DNA from: Longimicrobiales bacterium
GTDB taxonomy: Bacteria > Gemmatimonadota > Gemmatimonadetes > Longimicrobiales > Gaopeijiaceae
Assembly (NCBI GenBank): GCA_965116905.1
Contig: OZ220732.1
Coordinates: 448,001-512,000 of the forward strand
Length of the DNA: 64,000 bases
Direction of reading: 5' to 3'
A program made the translations under genes and the position numbers. Positions 47,943-59,784 of the stretch are shown here, piece by piece (the first letter of the stretch is position 1; each line of letters opens with the position of its first letter). The notes beneath the pieces were generated by a model. The model made no database searches. It was not told where the DNA came from and saw nothing but the letters and a program-made list of their open reading frames with translations.

Positions 47943-49322
47943 TTGGCCAGCGCGACCACCGACCCCATCGACTTTGCGGCGCGGCAGCGCGCAAGGTTCT
48001 ACCGGGAACTCGACGAGCTTCTGCGCATTCCATCCGTTTCTGCGAAGTCGGAGCACGATGCCGACACGGCTCATGCCGCCGACTGGGTACGGAAGCAACT
48101 GGTACACGCCGGACTGGATGCCGAGGTCATCGCCACCCCGGGTCATCCGGTGGTGGTTGGAGAGTGGCGCGGCGCCGGACCACGGGCCCCGACGGTCCTC
48201 ATCTACGGCCACTACGACGTGCAGCCGCCGGAGCCCCTGGAGTTGTGGGATACGCCGCCTTTCGAGCCCGACATCCGCGACGGACGCATCTACGCCCGGG
48301 GTTCCGCGGACGACAAGGGACAGCTTTTTCTGCATATCAAGGCGCTCGAGGCCCACCTCGCCACACGGGGCCGCTTGCCGGTGAACGTCGTCGTTTTGGC
48401 TGAGGGGGAAGAGGAGGTGGGATCGCCCAACCTCGTTCCGTTCGTCAGGGAACACAGCGGTCGTCTCGCGGCCGACACCGTCGTCATCTCCGATTCGGCC
48501 ATGTTCGCCCCCGGGATTCCGTCGCTCCTCTTCTCGCTCCGAGGACTCGCCTACTTCGAGATCCATGCGACAGGACCTTCTTCGGACCTGCACTCGGGTG
48601 CGTACGGCGGGGCCGTCGTCAACCCGGCCAACGCGCTGGCCCGACTCATCGGAGAGCTGCACGACGACACCGGACGGATCACGATTCCCGGCTTCTACGA
48701 CGACGTGCGCACCCCGCCGCAGGAGACCCTGGACGGGATCCGCGGCCTTCCGTTCGACGCCGACGGCTACGCCCGCGAGGTCGGCACGATACCCGCCGGC
48801 GGGGAGCATGCGTTCTCGCCCCTCGAGCGTCTTTGGATCCGGCCGTCCTGCGACGTCAACGGCATGTGGTCGGGGTACACGGGTGAAGGCGCCAAGACCG
48901 TTCTGCCGGCCAGGGCGGCCGCCAAGATCAGCTTCCGGCTGGTTCCCGATCAGTCTCCGGAACGGGTCAAGGTGCTGCTGGAGGAACACCTGGCGCGCGT
49001 GGCGCCTCCCGGCGTGGACGTCACGGTGGTCGAACTGCACGGCGGTCGGCCATGGCTGGCCCGGCTGGAGGGGCCGCTGTTCACCGTGGCGGCCGATGCG
49101 CTGGAGCGCTCATTCGGCACGCGTCCGGTGCTCACGGGCGAAGGCGGCAGCATCCCCATCGTCGTCGAACTCGAGGAAATCCTCGGGGCCAACTCCCTGC
49201 TCCTCGGATTCGCGCTCCCCGGGGCGAACATGCACGCCCCCAACGAATGGTTCGCGACGGACTGCTTCGAAAAGGGAATCGACACCCTGATCCACCTCTA
49301 CGACGAGCTGGCGCGGGTCTAG
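47943..49322 (+). CDS. M20 family dipeptidase (Dug1/DapE-like)
   Basis: YGHYDVQP, ARGSADDKG, EGEEEVGS, DLHSG, GGSIP, HAPNE. Confidence 0.93.
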   Translation: MASATTDPIDFAARQRARFYRELDELLRIPSVSAKSEHDADTAHAADWVRKQLVHAGLDAEVIATPGHPVVVGEWRGAGPRAPTVLIYGHYDVQPPEPLELWDTPPFEPDIRDGRIYARGSADDKGQLFLHIKALEAHLATRGRLPVNVVVLAEGEEEVGSPNLVPFVREHSGRLAADTVVISDSAMFAPGIPSLLFSLRGLAYFEIHATGPSSDLHSGAYGGAVVNPANALARLIGELHDDTGRITIPGFYDDVRTPPQETLDGIRGLPFDADGYAREVGTIPAGGEHAFSPLERLWIRPSCDVNGMWSGYTGEGAKTVLPARAAAKISFRLVPDQSPERVKVLLEEHLARVAPPGVDVTVVELHGGRPWLARLEGPLFTVAADALERSFGTRPVLTGEGGSIPIVVELEEILGANSLLLGFALPGANMHAPNEWFATDCFEKGIDTLIHLYDELARV

Positions 49323-49367
49323 GTAGTCTGTGGATGAAGCCGCTCGAGCACCCAGAGCGGCAGCGAA

Positions 49368-50867
<1,500 letters not shown>

Positions 50868-50947
50868 TGATCGCAGACCGCGATGGGATGATTCGGACCG
50901 AAGACGTTTGACTATCTTCAAGGAATGTAAGCGAAGGAGACACCGCG

Positions 50948-53326
50948 ATGCGTCCGACGGATACAACCACAGGGGCAGCCACCCGCAGTCGCCCTCCGTA
51001 CCTCTGGGCCGCGGCGGCGGCGGCGGGCGTGGGGCTGCTCTACGCCCTGACCCTGGCCCCCACCACGGCATTCTGGGACACCAGCGAATACATCGCTACC
51101 GCTCACATCCTCGGAATCCCCCACCCCCCGGGGAATCCGCTGTTCGTGGTCCTGGCCCGCACCTGGGAGATCATTCTCAGTCCCCTGGGGCTGTCCACCG
51201 CCGTAAGCGTCAACCTCTTCTCCGCCCTGATGGGCGCGCTGTCTCACGGTTTGTGGTTCCTGGTCGTGCACCACGTGCTCCGCCATTTCTCCGACAGCCA
51301 CCGTTTCAGGCTCGTCGGGGCGGCGGCAGCGGTCCTGGTGAGCGCGACGGCCTTCACCGTCTGGAACCAGTCCAACGTCAACGAGAAGGTCTACACCGTC
51401 TCGCTGTTCACGATTGCGCTCCTTTCGTGGCTTGCCTTCCGATGGAGAGAGCGGATCGGGCGGCGTGGAAACGACAATATTCTCGTGCTGATCGTGTTCC
51501 TCCTGGCGCTCTCGGTCGGCAATCACCTGATGGCGTTTCTGGCGGCCCCGGCGCTGCTGGTCTTCGTGCTCGCGATCCGACCGCGCGTCTTCGCCAATCC
51601 ACGGCTGTACCCGGTCGGGATCGCGGCCGTCGTCGCGGGTCTCAGTATTCACCTGTTCCTTCCCGTGCGTTCGGGGCTCGGCCCCGTGATCAACGAAGCC
51701 CAGCCGACCTGCGAGAATGTGGGCCAGGCCCTGGCCAGCATCGTCACCTACGGCAACGCCGGGTGCGAGGACCTGTCCGAAGCGCTCCAGCGGGAACAGT
51801 ACGACAAGCCTCCGCTGATCCCGCGTCAGGCGCACTTCGCGTCACAGATTCAGAACTGGCTCCAGTACTTCGACTGGCAGTGGGCGCGAGGCCTTTCCCC
51901 CAACGATGTGCTCTTCGGCAACAGCAGACTTGCGCTGACGGCGCTCTTCATCGGGCTGGGGGTGTTCGGTCTGGCCGAGCACTATCGGCGCGACCGCGCC
52001 AGCTGGCTGTACATGATCACGCTCTTCGGGGTGCTCTCGGCGGGACTCGTCCTCTATTTGAACTTCAAGTACGGGTACTCGATGCCCAACCTCGAGGCCG
52101 ATGACCTCCAGCGGGCGATGGACCGCATGGGCGTGCTGACGCCGGACCAGGTGAAGGAGGTGCGCGAACGCGACTACTTCTTCGTGGTCGGCTTCTCCGT
52201 CTGGGGGCTCATTGCGGGCATCGGCATCGTCTCGCTGTGGGACCGGCTGACCCGAAAATCGGGAAGGTCCCCCGGTCGAACCGCGCCCGTGCTGGCGCTG
52301 GCCGCCATTCCGCTGGTGCTGAACTTCGGCTGGGCAAGCCGGGACGGAGACTACGCCGCCCGCGACTGGGCCTACAACCTCCTCATGAGCGTCGAGCCCT
52401 ATGCGCTCCTCTTCACGAACGGCGACAACGACACCTTTCCGCTCTGGTACCTGCAGGAGGTGGAGGGCATCCGGCGCGACGTTACCGTGGCGGTCACCTC
52501 GTACCTGAACACCGACTGGTATGTGAAGCAGTTGCGCGACCTGACGCGTCCCTGCACCCCGGAGCAGGATCCCGACGCGGACCCCACCCGAATCGTGTGC
52601 CAGCGTCCGTACACGGCGGGGAACACGGGCGCCATGTACACGCACGATGCGGCCGAAGCGGACGCTGCCGGCAAGGTGCCCATTCTCGTGGACGAGCCAT
52701 TGCAGGCACCGACGCGCGCGATCTTCCGCGAGGATCTGGACGACGCCACCATCGACCAGGTGGTGCGCAGCTACGTTCCGATCAACGAGCCCCGTGACGT
52801 GAACCTGGGTGCGGTAACCGCGAGGATGGCGGCGGGACAGTACCTCTACCCCTGGCACCAGTTCGCGCTCGCAGCGATCGCGAACTCCCTCGGGGACCGG
52901 CCGGTCTACTTTGCGTCGAGCGGCAGCGCCGCCCAGACATTCGGTCTGCGTCCGCAGGTCATCCGGCAGGGCCTGGCCTTCCGCCTGTGGCCCGGAGATC
53001 CCGCCGAGCTGTTATCGCGGGGGGTCGCGGCCAGCCTGGGTACCTCGCCGTACTCGGGCGTGATCGGACCGTGGGTGGACATTCCGCGCACGCGGCTGCT
53101 GGCCGACAGCGTGTTCGTTCATCGATCCGGGATCCCGGACAACTGGGACCACTGGCCGGATCGTTCGACTCGCGGAATCCCCAACTACTACGCGTGGGTC
53201 TATCGCGCGCTCCGTCAGGACGCCGTCCTCCGCGACGACATCGACGACATGGCGGTGCTGCAGGATCGCGTCGAGGCGTGGACGCGCCTTGGGGCCGTCC
53301 CGGTGCCCGGCGACGCTGCCAACTAG
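50948..53326 (+). CDS. DUF2723 / TMEM260-like GT-C membrane glycosyltransferase
   Basis: TLAPTTAFWDTSEYI, LGIPHPPGNPL, RERDYFF, FTNGDNDTFPLWYLQEVEG. Confidence 0.88.
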   Translation: MRPTDTTTGAATRSRPPYLWAAAAAAGVGLLYALTLAPTTAFWDTSEYIATAHILGIPHPPGNPLFVVLARTWEIILSPLGLSTAVSVNLFSALMGALSHGLWFLVVHHVLRHFSDSHRFRLVGAAAAVLVSATAFTVWNQSNVNEKVYTVSLFTIALLSWLAFRWRERIGRRGNDNILVLIVFLLALSVGNHLMAFLAAPALLVFVLAIRPRVFANPRLYPVGIAAVVAGLSIHLFLPVRSGLGPVINEAQPTCENVGQALASIVTYGNAGCEDLSEALQREQYDKPPLIPRQAHFASQIQNWLQYFDWQWARGLSPNDVLFGNSRLALTALFIGLGVFGLAEHYRRDRASWLYMITLFGVLSAGLVLYLNFKYGYSMPNLEADDLQRAMDRMGVLTPDQVKEVRERDYFFVVGFSVWGLIAGIGIVSLWDRLTRKSGRSPGRTAPVLALAAIPLVLNFGWASRDGDYAARDWAYNLLMSVEPYALLFTNGDNDTFPLWYLQEVEGIRRDVTVAVTSYLNTDWYVKQLRDLTRPCTPEQDPDADPTRIVCQRPYTAGNTGAMYTHDAAEADAAGKVPILVDEPLQAPTRAIFREDLDDATIDQVVRSYVPINEPRDVNLGAVTARMAAGQYLYPWHQFALAAIANSLGDRPVYFASSGSAAQTFGLRPQVIRQGLAFRLWPGDPAELLSRGVAASLGTSPYSGVIGPWVDIPRTRLLADSVFVHRSGIPDNWDHWPDRSTRGIPNYYAWVYRALRQDAVLRDDIDDMAVLQDRVEAWTRLGAVPVPGDAAN

Positions 53327-54804
53327 TCGACCTGCAGCCAGATCGTACCCAGGCCCGATCTGTCGCGGCGCAGCCGGCGCCCCTCGGGGACGTCTTCGAC
53401 CCTGTAGAGCAGATCGAAGCATTCCGGGAATGCCGAAGCGACTCCGTGGGTGGTCCTGACCAGGAGCAGCGGGATCCGCCGCGACAGGCGCACCAGTTCC
53501 ACAAGGGCTCTGTGCACGTCCTCGCGGCCGAGTCGGTCGAGACCGGCGGGCAAGACCACTGACTGCAACGTTACGCCGGCATCCACGGCCAGTTCCGCCA
53601 GCGCGATCCTCACCGCCAGTTCGAGGGCGGCGAACTCCTTGCCGCCCCGGCGTCCCCCGTCGGCCCAGTCGGCGAAGAGCGCAGGAAAAACCCCCGCCAA
53701 ACGCCCTCCGGTCAACGACAGGACCTTGCCGTGGATGCGCGCGCGGACGCTCTCACGCGTCGCGCTCACGATTCTCGCGCGCGTATCCTCCATCTCGGCG
53801 CTCCCGCCTTGGCCACCGAGCCGGGCTTCCAGGGCCACGAACTCGTCCAGGCGCCCGAGCGCGGCCTCCAGTTCCAACCCGCGAATCTTCCGGCGCTCCA
53901 GTTCCTCGGACAGCTCGTTGACGGCGCTGTCCAGCTCCATCGCCCTGGTCTCGATCGCCCTGAGATCGTCGGGCTTGCGCTCGAGCTGGTCCCTGCGCCT
54001 GCGCCACCAGCGTCCGTCCTGCACGACGGCCTCCCACTCCTCGCGGCGCGCCTTCCGCACGGCTTCGGCGCGATCCTTCAGCGGCTGCCCACAGCTCCCG
54101 CACGCAGCCGCGTCCCCTTCTTCGTCGAGGCGTCTGAGGCGCTGCCGCAGTTCGAGTTCACGATCCCGGTACAGAAGCAGCCGCGTCTCGGCGTCCTGGC
54201 GCTCGCGCACCCACGCCATCATCCCCGCTTCCACGTCCCCATGCACCTCCGCGGCCTCCCCGCGAGCCTCCCGCAACTGCGCTTCGAGGGCTTCCGTGCC
54301 TTCCCCGGACTGGCGCAGACGCGCCACATCGTCCTTTGCCTCGCGGATCATGCGGCGCACGAACCCGTCCAGCGCCCCGCCGTCCCGCGAGCCGCCCCGC
54401 GGGCCGCCGCTCCCCTCCGGCGCGAGCATGCGCCCCAATTCACGCACCTGGCGGGTCGTCTCGGGACCCTGGCCAAGCGTGCCCGCGGCCGACAGCCACG
54501 TCGTCACGGGTCCGCCCCCGAACCAGACGGCCGCGTACTCCTCCCGGGACAGGGCGTGCGCGGTCAGGGTCGGTGCCAGAACCTCCTCGAAGGCCCGGCC
54601 GCCCACTTCCATCGTGCCGTCGCCGGTGCGTACCAGGACCCGGGGGCCACCCGGCCGGCCCGGCCTCGCAAACCCCTCGCGCAGCGAAGACATGAACTCT
54701 CCCCACAGCGAACCGCCATCGGCGACGAATGCGACCAGGCCACGCGCGTCCTGAAGGTCGAGCACCTGACCCCGCAGGCCCGCCTGCAGCACATCGATCT
54801 TCAT
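53323..54804 (-). CDS. Degenerate SbcC/Rad50-like coiled-coil protein
   Basis: Zinc hook CGSCGQPL inside a coiled coil. No Walker A, eroded signature and Walker B (RRGGKE, SVVLPAGLDRL, TTH). ATGA-coupled to the sbcD-like gene. Confidence 0.65.
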   Translation of the reverse strand: MKIDVLQAGLRGQVLDLQDARGLVAFVADGGSLWGEFMSSLREGFARPGRPGGPRVLVRTGDGTMEVGGRAFEEVLAPTLTAHALSREEYAAVWFGGGPVTTWLSAAGTLGQGPETTRQVRELGRMLAPEGSGGPRGGSRDGGALDGFVRRMIREAKDDVARLRQSGEGTEALEAQLREARGEAAEVHGDVEAGMMAWVRERQDAETRLLLYRDRELELRQRLRRLDEEGDAAACGSCGQPLKDRAEAVRKARREEWEAVVQDGRWWRRRRDQLERKPDDLRAIETRAMELDSAVNELSEELERRKIRGLELEAALGRLDEFVALEARLGGQGGSAEMEDTRARIVSATRESVRARIHGKVLSLTGGRLAGVFPALFADWADGGRRGGKEFAALELAVRIALAELAVDAGVTLQSVVLPAGLDRLGREDVHRALVELVRLSRRIPLLLVRTTHGVASAFPECFDLLYRVEDVPEGRRLRRDRSGLGTIWLQVD

Positions 54805-55907
54805 GCCTGCGCCCCCCCTGCCAACGGGACCGCGCCCGGCGCGGGAGCGGCCATCCCGGGCACGTCGGCAACGGTCTCGCCGTGACCACGACGCGCGTCC
54901 ATCCCGCCCTTCCCGTGCGAGGTGCCCTGACCGGGCAGCGCGTCGATCCTCAGCTCGGCCACCCGGCGCCGTACCCTCGCGAGCACCTCGCGGTCGAGAA
55001 CGGCGAGGTCGTCTGCCGAAAGGCCCCGCACGGGAATCCGCAACAGCTTCCCGTCGATCCCCCCGGGGACTCCGCCCAGCGCCTCGCTCAGGCGCCGCGT
55101 CACGGTTGCAGTCCCGCCACCTGTCGCTTCCACCGGGGCCAGACTCACGGCGGCACGCGCCTCCACCGGCCAGAAGGTCACCTCGGCGCCCGGCCCCCGG
55201 CCACCGCCCGGCCCCCGGCCACCGCCCGACCGCGACTCGTCCTCCGCGAGCCGCGCGGTGATGAACCCCTTGGCTGTCGCGGCCTCGGCCCACGGATCGG
55301 CACCCACCCGCTCGAGGGAGCCGGCGTACCAGGCTCGCTCGGTGACCTCGGTATGGGTGTGATCGGAACCCAGCGCGACGTAGTCCCATCCGCCCAGGGG
55401 AATGGGCACGGCGTGGGACCTTCCCGAAGCCAGCGCGGCATGCATGACGAGTACGTTGCACCGGGCAGTCGGATCCGGGGACACATCGACGGCACGCGAC
55501 CCCATCACCGTGCGGTGTGGCACCAGGGTGACGCTGACCTTGCCGTCACGCAGGCTGAGGCGACGTACCGCAGTGGACGCGACCTCGACCGCCTCCATGG
55601 CCCCGACCACCGTGAGCGGCCCGTCCCGGTCTGCATCCAACGGTGTGTCCCGCGCCCCTGCCACGACCGCCACAACCACCCCGGGGAGCCGCTTGCGCAG
55701 GGTGCGCACCGCCCGTCCGAAGGTCGCGATGGGCGTGGCCGTTACATCGGGATGGTCGAAGACATCACCCGACACGACCACCAGCTCCACGCCGATCTCC
55801 GCGATCCGCGCCAGCGCCGCCTCGAAGATCCGCAGCACGTCGCGGGCCCGGCCGGCTCCGCCACCGGCGTACCCCAAATGCAGATCCGAAATATGCGCCA
55901 GTTTCAT
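54801..55907 (-). CDS. sbcD: SbcD/Mre11-like metallophosphoesterase with degenerate motifs
   Basis: HISDLHLG and SGDVFD intact. GNHD appears as GARD, GHxH as GSDH. YAGSLE present. Confidence 0.75.
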   Translation of the reverse strand: MKLAHISDLHLGYAGGGAGRARDVLRIFEAALARIAEIGVELVVVSGDVFDHPDVTATPIATFGRAVRTLRKRLPGVVVAVVAGARDTPLDADRDGPLTVVGAMEAVEVASTAVRRLSLRDGKVSVTLVPHRTVMGSRAVDVSPDPTARCNVLVMHAALASGRSHAVPIPLGGWDYVALGSDHTHTEVTERAWYAGSLERVGADPWAEAATAKGFITARLAEDESRSGGGRGPGGGRGPGAEVTFWPVEARAAVSLAPVEATGGGTATVTRRLSEALGGVPGGIDGKLLRIPVRGLSADDLAVLDREVLARVRRRVAELRIDALPGQGTSHGKGGMDARRGHGETVADVPGMAAPAPGAVPLAGGAQA

Positions 55908-57277
55908 TCCGGACCCGCCCGTGGGCCGCCCTCGGCCCCATCCTCGGCCCCGGCCTCGGCCTGGACCGGCAGTGGCGACGGCTTCATGCCCGGCAAGGGT
56001 CCCGGCGGCTCGGCCGACGCACTGAAACACCATAGTTCGTCCCTGCGCGGAGCCAGCCGAGGAGGCCCCCGAGAGCCTTCCACGAACCCCGTGTAGCGGA
56101 AGACCTCCATTCCCGCTGCAAACCCGGCATCCGCGAGCGAGTCGGGCAGACGCCCGCGCGGACCCCGGATCCAGACGCGTTCGATCTCAGCGTCGCGCAA
56201 CGAACGCAGGAGGTCCCCCAGCGGCTGGGAGCGAGCCAGTGACTCACCCAGGGCCCCCCACTCGGCCACGTACGTGAGGCCCGGAGCCTCGGGAACAAGA
56301 GAAGATGCCATGCGATCATCGTCCCACCCGAATCCCCGGGACGCCAGAGCCCGAATGGCCGCATCCGGCTCATACATCGTCCAGGCCCGCCCGTCCGGCT
56401 GCTCGGACCAGCTGCCCGCACCAACAAAGAACACAGGATCGTCCTCGCCCAGCGAGCTCTCGACCGCCCTTCGCCAATCCCCCGCAGGCGGCCGATCGAC
56501 CGCAAGGTCGCGCCCGTCCTCGAACAGCGCATGAATCGTTGTTTTCGGAACCAGGGTGTGCCACGCCTCCAATCGGAGTTCGGGACGGTCGGGGCTGTGC
56601 AGCACCAGGCGCCGCCGCGGCACCCGGTCGAAAATCCAGCCCTGGAAGCGCGCGCCCGCCGCGGCCAGCACCGTGGCCCCGAGGAAAGCCGTGACCGCCA
56701 GCACCGGGCGGCCCAGAAAGGTGCCGGCCAGAACGGATCCGAGCACCAGACCCGTGACGCCGCCGAGCCCGATCTGCCGCCTGCCGTTCGGCTCGAGCAC
56801 CGCGGCAAAACCGCTGAGCCGGCCGAGAACCCCTCCCGCGAAGTACGCCGGAAGCGCGGCGGTCAGCGCGAGTCCGGCCCCCTGGGCCATGGCCACGCCC
56901 TCGAACCCCGCCATCGCCTCCCATACTGCCGTGAAACCCGCGCCAACGAGCAGGGCCACGAGAAAGCCCACCCATCCGCGAGCCGCCGCGGGGACGGTTT
57001 CCTCGCTTTGGCTGCCGTTGCCCACCCATAGCCCGGCCACCAGGGAGATGGCCGCGATTCCAAGCAGCACCGCCATGGCCCGCAGCAGACCCTGCGTTCC
57101 GTCGAGCACGGCCCCCGCCCCGGCCGCGTACAAGGGGTCGGCCGCGCCGGCTCCCAGTCCCCTGACCAGCCACTGGGCGTCGTAGAGAAGCACGGCCGCG
57201 CCCGTCGCGATCGCGATCGCGAGAGACGTTCCCACGAACAACGCCGGTATCCAGAGCATACGGCGCGCCCGGGTCAT
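55904..57277 (-). CDS. Membrane protein with a C-terminal degenerate spermidine synthase/methyltransferase-like domain
   Basis: About 6-7 TM helices, then VFFVGAGS and YEPDAAIRALASRGFG, resembling SAM-binding motifs I and II. Confidence 0.5.
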   Translation of the reverse strand: MTRARRMLWIPALFVGTSLAIAIATGAAVLLYDAQWLVRGLGAGAADPLYAAGAGAVLDGTQGLLRAMAVLLGIAAISLVAGLWVGNGSQSEETVPAAARGWVGFLVALLVGAGFTAVWEAMAGFEGVAMAQGAGLALTAALPAYFAGGVLGRLSGFAAVLEPNGRRQIGLGGVTGLVLGSVLAGTFLGRPVLAVTAFLGATVLAAAGARFQGWIFDRVPRRRLVLHSPDRPELRLEAWHTLVPKTTIHALFEDGRDLAVDRPPAGDWRRAVESSLGEDDPVFFVGAGSWSEQPDGRAWTMYEPDAAIRALASRGFGWDDDRMASSLVPEAPGLTYVAEWGALGESLARSQPLGDLLRSLRDAEIERVWIRGPRGRLPDSLADAGFAAGMEVFRYTGFVEGSRGPPRLAPRRDELWCFSASAEPPGPLPGMKPSPLPVQAEAGAEDGAEGGPRAGPE

Positions 57278-57831
57278 GGCTCCTCCGAGGATGGTGGGAC
57301 TCCGTCGCCGTGCCGGGAGCCGTGGGGGTCTCCGGCCGTTGTCAGGTTTTCGTACCGGCCACGGATGAAGACGAGGGGATCGCCCCCTGCCGCCTCTCCG
57401 TCGTTCACCTCGCCGACGAGGATCACGTGATCCCCGGCCTCGAAGGTGCGATAGAGGCCGCAGGTCATCCAGGCCACGGCGCCTTCCAGAACGGGACCGC
57501 CCCCACCCCTGACGGAGAAGGTGACATTCCGGAAGCGGTCCCTGCGCTTCTCCTCGGCGAACCGGACCGCCATCGAGGCCGCGCCGGCACCGAGGATGTT
57601 CACCGTAAACGAGCCGTGCGCGAGGATAGCGCCCAGGGAGGACGACTTCTCCGACACGCACACCAGCACAAGCGGAGGATCCAGCGAGACCGAGGTGACC
57701 GAGTTCGCCGTCAGCCCGACGGGCGCGCCGTCGCGGCCGATTGCCGTGACGATGGTCACGCCCGTGGGATAGTGTCCCATGATCTTGCGGAACCGGGCCT
57801 GCCCCAGCGGCATCGAGGGTTCACGACTCAT
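57274..57831 (-). CDS. Flavin reductase (HpaC-like) family protein
   Basis: FRKIMGHYPTGVTIVT, SVSLDPPLVLVC, AGDHVILVGEV. Confidence 0.92.
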   Translation of the reverse strand: MSREPSMPLGQARFRKIMGHYPTGVTIVTAIGRDGAPVGLTANSVTSVSLDPPLVLVCVSEKSSSLGAILAHGSFTVNILGAGAASMAVRFAEEKRRDRFRNVTFSVRGGGGPVLEGAVAWMTCGLYRTFEAGDHVILVGEVNDGEAAGGDPLVFIRGRYENLTTAGDPHGSRHGDGVPPSSEEP

Positions 57832-57844
57832 CGGCGTCCCTCCA

Positions 57845-58774
57845 TTACAGTTCCGCGAGTATCGTCCGGTAGCTGCGGTGCCGTTCCGGTTGGATGTTCC
57901 CATCCGCCACCGCCGCCAGCACCGAGCAGCCGGGCTCGTGCACGTGCGTGCAGTCCTTGAAATGACACGTTCCAAGGAAGGGACGGAAGTCCGCAAAGCA
58001 ACCATCGAGCTCGGCGGGCGCCACGCCACCCAGTCCAACGTCGGAAAACCCCGGCGTGTCGGCGACGTGCCCGCCGTCGGCCAGCGCGATCAGCCGGCTG
58101 GACACCGTGGTGTGCTTGCCGATCCTGGAGCGCCGGCCGACCCGGCGGGTCCGAAGGTCGAGCGATGGCTCCACCGCGTTGAGCAGGGACGACTTCCCCA
58201 CCCCCGACGGCCCCGCCAGGGCCGACGACCCTGCATGGATCACCGCACGGAATGCCTCCATGCCCATGCCCGTCACCGCCGACGTGGCCAGCACGGCGTA
58301 CCCCGCCGCGCGATACGCACGCCCCAACCCGGCCTCGATCGCGCGGCTCCCCGGCAGGTCCACCTTGTTGAGCACCAGGCGCACGTCCATGCCTCCCGAC
58401 TCGCCCATCACCAGCATGCGGTCGATCACTTCGCGGCTGGGTCGAGGGTCCGCAACCGACGCCACCACCAGAAGCGTGTCCAGGTTGGCCGCCACCACCT
58501 TCGCGGCCCGGCCCGAAGAGGTCCACCGCGACAGGAACGTCCTCCGCTCCCGCACGGCCTCGATCACGAAAGCGCCTCCCGCCCCCGCCGCGACCTCCAC
58601 ATGATCCCCGATCACGACCTTGCCGGGAACGGGACCGGACCACTTGAGGCGCCCCCTGAGCGAAGCCTCCACGATGCCCTCTGCGGTCTGCACGCGGTAC
58701 ACGCCGCCGACCGCCTCGATCACCTGACCCGCGACCGCGCCCCGTACCGCGGCGCGCCGGGCATTCACGCCCAC
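57845..58774 (-). CDS. rsgA: Ribosome small subunit-dependent GTPase A
   Basis: Circularly permuted GTPase: NKVD, GPSGVGKS, GKHTT, DTPG, then CHFKDCTHVHEPGC zinc finger. Confidence 0.95.
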   Translation of the reverse strand: MGVNARRAAVRGAVAGQVIEAVGGVYRVQTAEGIVEASLRGRLKWSGPVPGKVVIGDHVEVAAGAGGAFVIEAVRERRTFLSRWTSSGRAAKVVAANLDTLLVVASVADPRPSREVIDRMLVMGESGGMDVRLVLNKVDLPGSRAIEAGLGRAYRAAGYAVLATSAVTGMGMEAFRAVIHAGSSALAGPSGVGKSSLLNAVEPSLDLRTRRVGRRSRIGKHTTVSSRLIALADGGHVADTPGFSDVGLGGVAPAELDGCFADFRPFLGTCHFKDCTHVHEPGCSVLAAVADGNIQPERHRSYRTILAEL

Positions 58775-58806
58775 GCCCCCGGTCCCTCCAGGGGCATGCT
58801 TCGCGG

Positions 58807-59700
58807 TCAGGCCGCGAAGGACTTCAGGGCCTTGCCCTTGTCGCCTTCGCGAAGGCGCCGCAACGCCCGGTCCCGAAGCTGCCGGATCCGCTCCCTGGTC
58901 ACGCCAAGCAGGTTGCCGATCTCTTCCAGCGTGTGCTCCCGCTCGCCCTCCAGGCCGAAGTACAGCCTGAGCACCCGGGCGTCCCGCGGCTCGAGCGTCC
59001 CCAGGGCGTTGGTGACCGCCTCGGTCAGAAGCCGGTTCTCCACCTCGAGCTCCGGCTCGGCCGCCTCTTCGGTGATGAAGCGCTCCACCAGCTGGGAGTC
59101 TTCGCTGTCGCCGATCGGAGCATCCAGCCGGATTTCCGCCGCGTTGAGGGTCTGCAGCGACTCGACGAGCTGCGGGGTCAGGAACGTCGCCTTGCCCAGC
59201 TCCTCACTGGTCGGATCACGCCCCAGCTCCTGCTTGAGCCGCTCCTTCTCACGGAAGATCCGCGCCAGGTCCGACGCCCGGTTGAGCGGCACCCGCACCG
59301 GACGGCCGTGGTTGGCCAGCGAAGCCAGAATGGCCTGCCGGATCCACCACACCGCGTACGAGATGAACTTCACGCCCTGCTCGGGATCGAACTTCCGCGC
59401 CGCAGTCACCAGACCGACGTTCCCCTCCTGGATGAGATCCGTCAGGGAGACGCCCCGGTTCTGGTACTTCTTGGCGACGCTGATCACGAAACGAAGGTTC
59501 GCCTTGGCCAGCGCCTGGATCGCCTCTTCGTCGCCCTTCTGGGCGCGCGCACCCAGTATCTTTTCCATTTCGGGCGTGATCAGCTCGTGGCGGCTTACGT
59601 CCCGCAGGTACTGGTCCAGTGCGGTCTGCTCGTCCAGGCTGGCGTCGAACCCCGTGAGGGGATTGACCCGTCCCTTCTTCCGCCGAGTTTTCGTGGCCAT
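58807..59700 (-). CDS. Sigma70-family factor (RpoD/RpoS-like, lacks region 1.1)
   Basis: LDQYLRD, ANLRFVISVAKKY, DLIQEGNVGL, FISYAVWWIRQAI, TLEEIG..TRERIRQ. Confidence 0.93.
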   Translation of the reverse strand: MATKTRRKKGRVNPLTGFDASLDEQTALDQYLRDVSRHELITPEMEKILGARAQKGDEEAIQALAKANLRFVISVAKKYQNRGVSLTDLIQEGNVGLVTAARKFDPEQGVKFISYAVWWIRQAILASLANHGRPVRVPLNRASDLARIFREKERLKQELGRDPTSEELGKATFLTPQLVESLQTLNAAEIRLDAPIGDSEDSQLVERFITEEAAEPELEVENRLLTEAVTNALGTLEPRDARVLRLYFGLEGEREHTLEEIGNLLGVTRERIRQLRDRALRRLREGDKGKALKSFAA

Positions 59701-59784
59701 GGTTTCGTCCCGTTTCTTCCGTAGCGAGCCGGCTTGCCGAGTCCGGCGTGCGCGCGGCATGTACAGCCTTTAATCGTAGGGCTG

